DNA of 43,564 nucleotides from Polymyxa betae A26-41 (Eukaryota; Protista; Endomyxa: Phytomyxea): NCBI GenBank assembly GCA_003693705.1, contig RBZT01000806.1, positions 1 to 43,564 of the forward strand, read 5' to 3'. Shown piece by piece: positions 32,551 to 43,564 of this stretch (position 1 is its first letter; each line of letters starts with the position of its first letter). The notes under the pieces were generated by a model. It saw only the letters and a program-made list of their open reading frames with translations, ran no database searches and was not told where the DNA came from. The position numbers and the translations under genes were made by a program.

Positions 32551-32622
32551 AGCCCGAGGCGGGACTTGAACCCGCAGCCTTCTCCTTAGGAGGGAGACGC
32601 GCTACCATTGCGCCACACGAGC
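32551..32622 (-). tRNA. tRNA-Arg (anticodon CCT)
   Basis: GCTCGTG..., anticodon arm TCTCC-CTCCTAA-GGAGA, T-arm GCGGG-TTCAAGT-CCCGC, downstream T5. U6:U67 mismatch in the acceptor stem. Confidence 0.92.
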
Positions 32623-33010
32623 ACTTTGTGAATAAAGCTTGGCCAGCCGGATTGGATTCAAACCCGAGAAAATGAAATGATGTAACAATACTATGTTGAC
32701 AAATTCGAGAATGCCCATATTTAGCATCGCCATGGTGACATCCCTCTTCAAGGAAGAGTCAGATTTTCGCGGAATCGTTTTGTCATTAACTTCCAAAGCT
32801 AGTATTCAGCAGTGGCGGGTAGCTGCAGATTTTATTATGGCGATTTTACTAAGCAGCTTCATGAAAGGGTTTCCACTTCGTCCCCAAATCCCAATCTCTT
32901 CCGTACCGGTAGTCAGACACGCATTTTTGATAGGATTCGTCAGTTTTCGCTTCTCTCTGTCTTGCTTGGAACCCAATCGTTTAAAGCTGTTGGTGTAATT
33001 CTGTTGGACG

Positions 33011-34691
33011 ATGTCTATTCCAGTTTATCGGATGCCTTCTGACTCGAAGTTCGCCATCATCAGAATGGCTCCAGGGCTATTGGTCTCGTCGAAGGCCACT
33101 CTGGCTTCGAAAGAGATCGTCGACTCGGCCACAGCAAGGCGCTCAGCGGCGAAGAAGGCCACAAACTATATCCTGAACGATCGTAAAAACAAGAAGCAGT
33201 TCCGAGCCCAACCCGAAAATGTTGGGACCCGCTCCAAATACGTCTTGTTCCAGCAGAAAGGAAGGGCATTGTTCTATACCGAAGTTGACCTGTTTAAAGC
33301 TGATTTGGAATCTGCTCGATCTGGTGCCGATGCTGATAATGGCATCGAAGATGCTGAGCAGGCTGAGATGAATCGCCAGAAACAGATGCTTGCCAGATTA
33401 CGGCGGCATTCAAAACTGAGCAGTTTTCTATCGAAGTCAGCTATTTTATTTTTTAAGTTTCTTTTGCAAATTATTGTCTCTACGCAAACTATACTTCAAT
33501 TTCTTTCTCAGATTTGTTGGTTTCAAGTCTGAATATGTCTGCAGAGGCGAAGCTGATGATGAAGATATCGAACCTGCCGCCAGAATATTCGGCCGGCAGA
33601 AAACTGTTCGCAAGACCCAGCACGAGCTCGGTCTTGGGGATGATCAGCGCGATCTGGATTTTGAAGAAGAGTTCGACGATGATGATGCCGTTGATAAAAA
33701 TGTCACGATCGATACTGTTGGGGACGGCCGGGTACTACTTATTGCTTATTTATAGGGATTCTACTATTCAGTTTCCGGTCTAGTTTCGCTTTGTTCGTCT
33801 CTTTCTTGTTGCTTTTTCACTGAAGCATTTCTTTTTTATGAATCTCCCTCAAGCGACATTTTCACTTGCGTTCATTCTGCTGAATTTTTCGCCGCAGGGA
33901 CCAGATGTTGATCAAGATCACGATCTGACACAAGCTGGAAAGGTGTGGACTTCTCTGTGGCTCTGTGTCGCCGTCCACTCAAACAGACTTCCAGAAAATT
34001 GCTCAGATATTATCAAAGAACGAAGATTTGGATGAGTTCAGCGAATCGGAGGAAGAAGATGATTTGGGAGGCGAAGATAATATGGAAGACGAAGTGCCGG
34101 TGTGTTTTCTTTAGTTTTTTAGCTGGAATTTGTTTTCATTATCAGTTCTTACTTTTCAAACGCTGCTCTATTGCTTAATGGCTCAAATTTGCTTGTTCTA
34201 TGTGCTATGAGTTTTATTCTGAACCGCTTCCAGCCAGAACCCGTCAATCGTAAGCGCACTGGCGATGCTACGATGGCTGATAGCGAAGCTGGCATAAAGC
34301 GTCCCCGTTTAGAACCCTCAACTGCACCTGCTGTCGCTTCTTCGTCTGCTTCTAGCACAGCTCCACCTCAAGAAGGTATAAATGTTGACTTCTGTTAGTT
34401 TTGGGTTGAAAGAAGATGCTTCCATTATGTTCATTTCAAGATCGAAACGTTACGGAATTTGCATTTGATTTATATTGTGCTGCAGTGTTCGTTACAGACG
34501 AAGAAGTTCGCGAGCAGTTCCGCAAGCATGGTCGTTTGACAGTGAAAAGCCTGGCTCGTATTATGGAAGACACATGGAAGTATAAAGGTGACCAGGCCCG
34601 CAAGGAGCTGTTCGCTATTGTGCAACGCATCTGCACGTATCAAGCGGATCCCAATAGGCCAAATGTGAAGTATCTGGTTTTAAAACCATAA
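33011..34691 (+). CDS. Transcription factor IIF large subunit (RAP74/Tfg1)-like, multi-exon
   Basis: N-terminal dimerisation-like region (YILND..QFRAQPE..KYVLF..IEDAEQ), acidic DLDFEEEFDDDD, LTQAGK, and C-terminal winged-helix-like VTDEEVREQFRKHGRLTVKSL...KYLVLKP*. Confidence 0.75.
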
Positions 34692-35193
34692 CTTGGAGTC
34701 TTCTTTGGCCTTCTACCATAGAATATTTCTTCAGATTCCGAGCAATCTGCTGTTACTCGATGCTCTCTTTGATTCGGGATTGTACAAAATTCTATCGTAA
34801 ATTAATATATGTAGCAGCGAATTGCTCGTTCACACTTGCTCATATATATTTATCGCTGTAAATTTGTGTGTTTGCAAGGCGCTGAGTAACGGAAAGTAAT
34901 TTTCTTCTGGAAGGGGCGTTCCGATTTCGGTCATTGGATGAAATACAATCTTCCGGTAGAAATCTAGGCATCGGCCCTCATTATCAGCCGTTACTGAATT
35001 TCATTACAAGTAGACATACATACAGACATTGTTTTTTAAGAATCAAGAACAAAACTTAAAAAGCCTTTTATCTTGTACATGTCATTTTATGAGAAAATTT
35101 GCAGCATTTCTTGAAGGATGAATGGTTGCGCCATCGCACCGCTGCGCAGTCAGGTGAAAATATCACTTCTCGTTGTTGTTATTGGCGAGGACG

Positions 35194-36562
35194 ATGGTGA
35201 AGATCAAGTTGAAGACGCTAGCCAATAAGACCTATGATATGGACCTGGACGCCGACCTTGGCGTAAGTTTCGGTTGTATGCTCTGCTCTCGGGTTGCTGA
35301 CTGCTATGCCCGCATAGGTCGCCGACTTGAAGCAGATGATCAATGATCAATTCGGGCTGGGTGAACCCGAATTGCTTAAGCTGATCTATACTGGCAAGGT
35401 TCTGAAAGACGATCAAACCGTCTCCCAAGCTGGAGTCAAAGAAGGCGGCTTCATAGTCGTTATGGTGAGTTTTACTGCTTTTATTCTCATTTATTCTTCT
35501 TGAGACTCGCTTTTTGTGTCTTTCTTTATTATTACTCAACGAAGTTTTAAAATTGTAATTTATTTCTAGTATTTGTTGTATAAATTGTTGATCACTGCTG
35601 TAGGCGACGAAAAAGAAGGAACAGGCGACGCCGGCTGTTGTGCCGGCTCCAGCTTCGGCTCCCGCCCCTGAGCCCGCTCCTGTTGCCGCCCCTTCTCCCG
35701 TCGCCGCTCCAGCTGCCCAAGCTGCTCCAGCCGCTCAAGCAGCACCATCCGATTCCGGCATGGTTCGCGGTCCAGCCTACGAGCAAGCCGTCGAGAATTT
35801 GATGGCGCTCGGCTTCGACCGCGACCAGGTCGCACGCGCTATGCAAGCTAGTTTCAATAACCCGGATCGTGCTGCTGAATACTTATTGGGTGGTGCTCCT
35901 GACGATCTGTCAGCGCCTGAGCAAGGCCAGAATGCAGAGGCATCAGGTGCTGCTGATGGCGGCATGCAGCGAGTCGATATGCAGGCGTTGCAGCAGATGT
36001 TTCAGCAGCGACCCGAGCTGGTCGACGCCCTGATCAACCAGCTTAGCCAGACCCACCCGCAACTGATTCAAGCGCTCGGCAATAACCGTGCCGCCTTCAA
36101 TCAGCTGCTCAATGATCCAATGGCGTTTGCTCAAATACTACAGGCTGTAGGCGCTGGTAAGAGATGCTTTTTTCAATCTGCTCGTTTTAACATCTTTTTT
36201 ATTATGCTTTATGTTTCTGTTGCTTACAGAAAACGGTTGATGTTTTCTTCTCACTTAAATACTTTAAGCTGTCAGAATGCAATTTCCGCTTCTGCCATAT
36301 TGTTGTTTTATATAGTTCTGAATGCTTTTTTGCAGGTTTTGTTGGCCCAGGTTCAATGCGTCCCGATCTCGGTGGCGATGATCCGAATGCCGAGCGCGTG
36401 ATCCAGATATCCCCGAATGACCGGCAGGCAATTGAGCGACTAGAATCGCTCGGCTTCAGCCGCGACCGTGTCCTGGAAGCATATCTGGCTTGCGATCGCA
36501 ATGAAGAAATTGCTGCCAACTATCTGTTTGAGAATGGAAACGATCCCGACTCGGATGATTAA
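35194..36562 (+). CDS. RAD23: UV excision repair / proteasome shuttle RAD23 (UBL-UBA-XPCB-UBA), 4 exons
   Basis: [26 protein letters not shown]; UBA1 [31 protein letters not shown]; QQRPEL..THPQL; UBA2 [28 protein letters not shown]. Confidence 0.96.
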
Positions 36563-37284
36563 AACAGCAACGGGATTCCTTTCAACCCCAGCTTATAAAT
36601 ATACATCGGAAATTTGAAGTGGCTGATTTTTTGGACTTTGATTTGATACCTTCTTTCTATGTCAGGTTTTATCGCCTTTTAGAGAGCTGTCACATGCCAG
36701 CTGTTGGAAAACGTTTTCTGTCTTTACGAGTGATTTAGAATAACCCGGAACTGCAGCAGTGTTTTTTAATCAGGTGAGAAACAGAATTTCAATCTGAATT
36801 GCAGTAGCGAGACCGAGATCCTTCTCTATCACACGTAAACACCAAAATTCAACATTTTCTGATCTGAATGATGGGCCCAGCTGCATGCTATTTGGAAGCT
36901 GCTCATGGAGAGGATATGTTTTCAGCAATCGTCAACGACTCTTTAAGTTTAATCTGATACTTTAAGCGATGATGAACACCTCAATTTTTCCAGTTTATTG
37001 GTTTTTCCTTTTTTATTGTCGTTGTTGATAATGAAGTGCATAAATAATGAACTTTTTAATATGGGTGACGAGAATTAACTGGGCATTCGGAGCTGGGCAT
37101 TCCGTTTCAGATGAATAGTGTATATTGGGCAAACGATAATGCATGAGGCAGAGCTACCTGAATATTCATCAAGCAGGCCACATCTCCACCATCGCATCAG
37201 CTGGGAACAAGCAGCCGTCGACGAAGTTTACAGACATTCGCCTTATCTGTCCGATTTTAGTGTTCCCTCTGAACCTGCTGATTA

Positions 37285-37307
37285 TAACCCTAACCCTAAA
37301 CCCTAAC
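37285..37307. repeat. Interstitial telomere-like repeat cluster
   Basis: taaccctaaccctaaaccctaac. Confidence 0.7.
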
Positions 37308-38324
37308 ATTCCCATTTTTCCAAGAACCTGCCTGAGAGCCAAAGGCGTCTTCGCCGATCGTAACGGAACCGCCGAATTCGTCTGGGGCGGGAAATGATCC
37401 TTCCAACATCGTTTCGTGATTATGAACCCTCCTGGAGGCCTTGAAGTTATCATCGACCGCGACCTTCTCGTGGCATCACAATTCCAGGCCTGTTGCTCGC
37501 TAACGAGATCGCTCAGAAAACGAAGTCGAGCATGTCAACATTTTGTTGTTGTTTTTTTGCAATCTGGAAGAGTCCATCGTAGACCTGAACACGTGCGACA
37601 CCACCGCCGTTTCACCGGCTTCAATATGAACCAGTTTGCGCGATTTCTGGAACCTGGAATTGACGAACAAATCGATCGCAGGCTCAGCTAAAGGCATGAC
37701 AACGGTGACATTGAATCGTCTACTTTAAATCAGCCACAAACCCGAAGGTGAAATCCGAATGGAATCGGAATTTGAATCTGTCCAATGTTCGGTTCAAAAA
37801 ATCGCTTCACCGATTCACCGATCGGTTATGCGGAATTTCCTCAATCTGCTTCTCGTTCGATCTCTTCTCTCTGTGCTTCTAATGAGTCGATTACTGTGGA
37901 TTCTGTCCCTGTAGTCTCTCGGACTCCGGATCCTGACCAGGCTGCGTTTGCCGTCGAACAGCGCGGCATCATTCAGGCATCTGGATCGAATTTCACCAAA
38001 TCAGATCAAGTTTCCGCCTATTCTTCGTGGGTGTGGTTGTGTTATATTAGACGCGATGGGCGAGTTTTCTGCAAAATTTAATGTAATAAAAATCATCTCT
38101 CATATGCAGCCAGTACCGGTGTTATCACACTGAAGCGACGTGTTAATAAAACCGGGATTATCGCCTTTTCATTGGTCGCGCTTCGGAATCTGAGTGCTCC
38201 GATCGTGGAGATTTCGTCAGTGCCGACCATAGGTCACTCCCAGACCCAAATATATCGATTATGATGAAAGTTCGTGCATGGAACCGCCTGCTTGGAAATT
38301 TCAAAATAGTAAGAAAACGAAGTT

Positions 38325-39079
38325 GCGGGCGACTATGTCGCCCGCGCAGTATTCAGGCGACTCTCTTTAGGACTCTCTCCCTTCAAGATCGTGCCTATGT
38401 GCAGAATAACCTTCAAGTGTTTACGTCTATATGTCTTTATTAGCACGAAAACATGGATAACGGTCATCAGTTTTTGTTCTTCTTCTTTTTGGGCTGACAG
38501 CGCTTCTTCTCAGTTTGGGACTTATATATTTTACCTCCTATTTTAGGCCTGCCTTTGGTCTTCAACTTGAAAGGATTTCGAATGATTACATCGTCATCAT
38601 TATCTTTCTGTGTGATTTCAGAAGACTTGTTATTTGTGTCCAACAAAGCCGATAACGTGGATTTAACCATTTTTAAAACGAACGGTTTGAAACTGATCGT
38701 AATATAATCGCTTTGCACAGAGAGGCCAAATCGGAAAATCTCATATCTTCAAAATCACAAGAATCAGAGTTCGACCCCGATCCCAGTCGCATCGACCCGA
38801 AAGCGGCAGTGACACGGGAAGATGAAATACCACCCTGTGCTGTGTCAGTCCTCCAAAAATTGTGCATCAATTCAATTGGACATGATAGATGATTCAGATG
38901 GCGAAACGCACAGGAACCAAACAGTCAATGTAATCCGCAGTCGGAGTCTGATCCGGCGGCAGACAGAGAGAGCTCCCCAAACCCAAGAGCCTAGAGAGGC
39001 TTGATAACATGATAAAGGAATGAGGAATGTCACCCACATAGAGTCGCCTGAATACTGCGAGGGCGACTATGTCGCCTGC
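38325..39079 (-). mobile_element. Non-autonomous Mutator (MULE)-like element remnant with 40-bp inverted repeats
   Basis: IRs at 38325-38364 and 39040-39079 (35/40 match). The internal minus-strand fragment IRNPFKLKTKGRPK..KSQTE (38467-38718) resembles the C-terminal P..v.TKGRP..KS..E motif of MULE/FAR1 transposases. No TSD seen. Confidence 0.65.
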
Positions 39080-39179
39080 GGGGAGAGGGGTCGCCCGCGT
39101 AGCAGGGTCGTTATCTTTTTTTGGACTTTTAGAAATGTTTAACCAGTTAAACGGGAAATTTTTCTATCCGCAAGGCGCA

Positions 39180-40300
39180 AGTGGATAGATGGGCTGCGCA
39201 TCCGCCAGCCTGTTAGCGGATGGAAAACTGCGCCTTCCGCCAGCTCAAAGTTCTTCCCTCTATCAAAGTGGTAGAACGTCTCTAAGCTGTAAAACAATCA
39301 TATATTCATTTCGTCGTCATAGAATATTTAGGTGCTGGCATTAAACGGGCATTTTCCTCCCTTCCTGTAATCAATCGTTTGTCGCCATTCAACAGGGCAC
39401 TGAGAACATTTTTTATTCCCCAGTGGATAGATAGGAGCGCATCTGCCAGCCTGTTGGCGGATGTTAGAAAGGCGTCATCGCGATCTATATCACAGGAAGG
39501 GCGGAGAATACTGTTTATTGCCAGCACCTAAAATTTCTATCGCGACGAATTTATTAAACGGTTGTGATTCGAACCAAGGGGGTGTTCAAGTAGAATATCG
39601 CGATAAAATTATAGCGATCCCACCAATAAAATTAAGAGTTGCTCAATAATTATCTTTATAAATTTATTGACCATCCAGTGGTCTCTAATTCTGTTTTATC
39701 GCTATAAATTGGATCACAGACAGGTTGGGGCTCTAATCGCATCGGTATCGGCAGACGTCGGAAGTTTTGTAGAGGTCATCGTCCGCTATGTCCTTTGACT
39801 AACAGAAGGAGTGTAGATCGATAAGGGTTGCATGCCCCGGCCCCCCTTCAAGGCGATTTACTATTGGGCGCAGTCAATTCGCTTTGGCCAATTTGGACGA
39901 ATCCCGTCATGAAGGATGGATTCCTGACTGCTATAAATGCTCGAAGCGAAAACGAGTCGTCATCTTTCGTGGTAGAAATTGAACTATTCGCGAATATCTC
40001 AATAGAATCTCTCTTTTATCCCTATTTTATCGTTATAGTACTAGAAACACGCAAAGTCTCACGGATTCAATCTCTAAAAAAATACTTGTAGTTGTAACAC
40101 CCCTCAAGAAGACATCTACAGGCGAGTTATCGTCTGATCGACAATGAAACGAAAACATGCTGTGGTGGTTGGCAGTTTTCCATCCGCCAACAGGCTGGCG
40201 GAAACCGAGGTTTAACCGGTTAGTTAACCGAACCGATGAACCGAAGTTAACCGGTCAAATTAACCGGTTAACCGGTTCCATTCAGCTCGGTCCGGTTGTT
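39180..40300. mobile_element. Cluster of nested MITE/foldback-like DNA transposon remnants
   Basis: 31-bp IR 39201-39231 / 40172-40202 (30/31); direct copy ~39422-39463; ~85-bp degenerate IR ~39308-39395 / ~39462-39550; ggggtgtt..aacacccc ends ~39579/40103; AACCG/CGGTT cluster 40203-40298. Confidence 0.6.
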
Positions 40301-41588
40301 CCTCCACGGAGTCCGTCGCGGAGTCGGACCGATTATAGGGGTTGTTTATAAAAAGTATATTAAAAGGAAGGAATAATTTTTTGGAAATAATTCTAATAAT
40401 CTACTTGATGACTGATGAGTACAGCAGACAGGTTTTGTCTCCTATTTAGTCGCATCTTATGAAGTTGTCTTCATATCTCTCAGGCGACGATGCTTCTTCA
40501 TCTGCAACGCCTAGCTGCTCGTCGTACTGGACCGTCGGCATCGCCGAAAGCAATGCCAATGATAATGCTCTTGCTTTCATTGTCGACCTGGGTAGGCTAG
40601 CGATTCGTCGTGGAAATGAGCAGCGATCATGAGCACGAATCTTGTGGATTTTTCCAAGATTCGGGGTAGATGCTGCCCAAATGTCTCACTTTTTCTATCT
40701 TTCTTATTTCAAGTCATGTATTGTTTTGAAGTTTGCTGATTGCTGTTTGTTTAATGTCCATTCGTTTCTGCTTTGGCGGCTTTTTTGTCTCTAAGAGGCC
40801 AGTACGACTTTTTCTCTCTATCGATACTTTCCAAACTCTGCCTTCGGGCTCTGTTTGGCTGGTCTAATTCTTTGATAGAAAGTTTGTGCATGCTCTGCTG
40901 TTTGTCTGATATAGAAATCGGGGTGGGCGGGTGATTCGTCACAATCAATTATGCCGATTTGAAGTTGAACGCGGCATATGATGGAAGCACTAAAACGAGC
41001 CAACACACAGCCGGCCGATTGACGAATACAGAAGTCCTCAATGAAGCAATAGACATCCATTTCAAGAGTCCTGTCCACAGTGTTTCGGGCGCTGACGGAA
41101 AATAAAGGGAGTAGCCAAAGGTTTTGCATAGAACTGACTTGGAAATCTTCTCCTCGACTCCTGGCTGGTGATACTGGCCAGTGACCGAGAGCAAACCGTT
41201 GAACTTGCCCGTTGCTCTCTGTTTGCCGTTATGGCGGTTATGTTCAAGAGAGATAGGACCGACTGCTTCAGCCGTCCAGTTCTGCAGCCACATGATCAGC
41301 TAGTATCTATCATGTCGTGCAACAAGATCAAAGATCACGCCATCTATCTATGGCATCACCTAACGATGCGGTTTCATCATCTCTGTGTATGTATTGTTAG
41401 AAATTTGACATGAATACAAGCTCTCATGATATCCATGTCATTTGTTTGTGGGGTCTGGGGTGACCCCAACCCCACTCACCAAATAGCTGTGTGATTGGAC
41501 ATCCAGGTCATGCGCAACCCCCAATCAGGAGTCATCCTCCTCTCAGAGTCCAGAGACCAGACCCTCTCTCTCTCCTCATTATTTAGCC

Positions 41589-43070
41589 ATGTCGGAGAAG
41601 TTGTCTTCGCTCCAACCTGCCCAGAGAGACCTCAATGACCCCCAGACGAGACTGCAGATTGCCGAGAAGATGTTATCAGATGCCAGGCTGGAATTAGCAG
41701 ACGCCAAACAGTCACTAGCAGATGCAAGACGGGAATTAGCGGACGCCAAGACGATGAAGAATACAGACATGATCTTGAAAGCCATGGGAATGGTGAGTAA
41801 GGCCATGGATGCAGAAAGAATTCTTCTCGAAGTTGTCAGAAAAGCCACAGAATCGGTTCACTTTATCCTCGCTCAGCTGCCCAAAATGGAATTTCAAGCT
41901 CTGACAGGTAAGATCAAATTTCCATTCTCTTGGGTTTTGAATTTGAACCTATTTGGTTTTATCAGAGTGACTGTTTATTGTTTTGTCGTGTTCGGGGTTT
42001 CCAATGATTCTGTTTTCTCTTGTTCAGACCCTAAATGTATTTTATGTTTTGAATTTTTTTCGAATCCATTCTGCCATTGAATCGACATTTTTGCTCTCTA
42101 ACCTTTGTTTCGCACCATTGCTTGATTGATAGTGCTTCCGAATGCTTTCGCTGACGTTGATCCTGTTCTGTCCCAAAAATGGCAGAATATGCCCAAAGCG
42201 ATATATGATGACGAGTCCCAGATTTTGCAGGTCGAAGGCGGGTTTCCGTTTCCACCATTATCGCAAGATATTACTTCCATATATGTTCGCAACTGTTATA
42301 CGAAATGGCTCAATAGTTTCTACCGAAAAGTTTTCCAAAAGAATCAGAATATCTTTGCAGTGTCTGGTACGCCAGGCATTGGAAAAAGCTGGATGTCCAT
42401 CTACTTATTATATGCAATTTCTCGTCGGCAAGAATTTGCCAACAAAGAAATTCTGTACCAGTTCACGAACAACTTCTATCATTTCATCAATGGCGGGGAG
42501 GTTCGCTTTCCCAGTCGATCAATTGCTGCCAAATTAACCAGAGAGAAATCCATAATTTATATCATTGACGGAAAGGAATGCGAAGAGCTTCAGCCTACGT
42601 CCCTGTGCATCACTATTTACATTTCCTCCCCTCGAAATGACCGTTTCGACCAATGGTGCAAGCAACAACAGATTGAGCCGTTGTTTCTACCAGTTTGGTC
42701 CTGGGAGGAGCTGGAACAATGCCTGCAATATTGCCATCCTGACATACACCTCAAGAACTCCGTGCACGTTTCGCCCAATATGGTGGAATTGCGAGGTTTG
42801 TATTTTGGCCTCCAGAGGGCGGTAGTCCGCCCCCTATCAAAGCAATTAATAAAGACGCAGACGCCAGAAAATCGCTCTGACTGGTTGGCAATCAGGCGAT
42901 GGCGTTTTTGTGCTCTCACAAATTTCTACACATTATTGTAGATCATGATCTTCGCTTCAGCCATCTGGAGTTTGCCTCGGATTATGTTGGTATGAAACTG
43001 TTCCAGAAACATCACACTGAGACATTTGAGAATCGTCGGTCGTTTATCGGAGCAGGGATATATCAAACTA
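41589..43070 (+). pseudogene. Crinkler/RHS-type P-loop NTPase gene with coiled-coil N-terminus; frameshifted and truncated
   Basis: Exon 41589-41907, intron 41908-42132. Motifs IYVRNCY, SGTPGIGKS, YIIDG, SSPR, LPVWSWEEL; after a frameshift (~42745) RFAQYGGIARFVF, in-frame TGA 42878-42880, then SHKFLH and FASDYV. No recognisable C-terminal nuclease. Confidence 0.8.
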
Positions 43071-43564
43071 GCGCGATCGCTTGGTGGTCATTTGTTCCAA
43101 TGATTTATGCATTATTTGTTTGAATGTTCAGATCATCTCTCCTTCGTCTGCAAAATACTTTAATGTTTGTTTATGTGTTTGTTTGACGGAACTTACATGA
43201 ACATCTGTTGCGATGAATTCATGAAACATTGCTTACGAATTTGTCCTACAGAACTGTCATGGACAATTCCGATAGAGGGAGTTGTTGATACCAGTCATCA
43301 GCTTGATCGATTGAAATCAATCCTTGCTGAAATGGGCAAATAGGCATACTTATGTGAATCCTATATTATAATGTTCTGGGCTGGTGTTTGTCTGATCCTG
43401 AACTCTTAGCCTTTCAGGAATGTGTATTGATCGACATAGCTATCTTCATTGTTAGCAGATGAGCGCTGTTACACCAATCTCGAGATATCAAAAGGGCTGA
43501 ACCACGTTAATTCAACTCCCGGGAGCTGTCACGCCCACACGATTACCGTCGCTCTGTATGTAAA

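Noticed and set aside
35630-35750. Pro/Ala low-complexity repeats
   Set aside because: Normal RAD23 UBL-UBA linker.
40751-41413. Overlapping 60-115 aa ORFs before the Crinkler-type gene
   Set aside because: No recognisable domains; probably decayed repeat sequence.

Overview
Eukaryotic, gene-dense, intron-rich DNA with short GT-AG introns. The compact layout, flagellar gene, small secreted proteins and Crinkler-type gene suggest a zoosporic plant-parasitic protist, plausibly a plasmodiophorid (inference only). Recognisable genes: two related small secreted proteins, allantoinase, tRNA-Pro(TGG), beta'-COP, SMC3, a short Hydin-like gene of about 1,200 aa, a DCAF4/WDR21-like WD40 protein, a secreted GNAT-like protein, a SERCA-type Ca2+-ATPase, tRNA-Arg(CCT), TFIIF large subunit and RAD23. 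There is also a cryptic spliced membrane-protein (pseudo)gene that the ORF track misses. The last ~6 kb holds transposon debris (a MULE fragment between inverted repeats, nested foldbacks) and a Crinkler/RHS-type NTPase pseudogene. Three observations stand out. (1) The secreted pair shares an ordered PIxI(P) / APPK / acidic-LMFxF[DE] layout resembling the RAIP / TP-site / TOS layout of TORC1 substrates, with Ala at the phosphosite, so they are candidate TOR pseudosubstrate effectors. (2) The Hydin-like gene is saturated with GTAAC/GTTAC motifs, including at its splice donors. (3) Short telomere-repeat clusters sit just upstream of several genes. Exon boundaries were read by eye, and CDS coordinates span introns.
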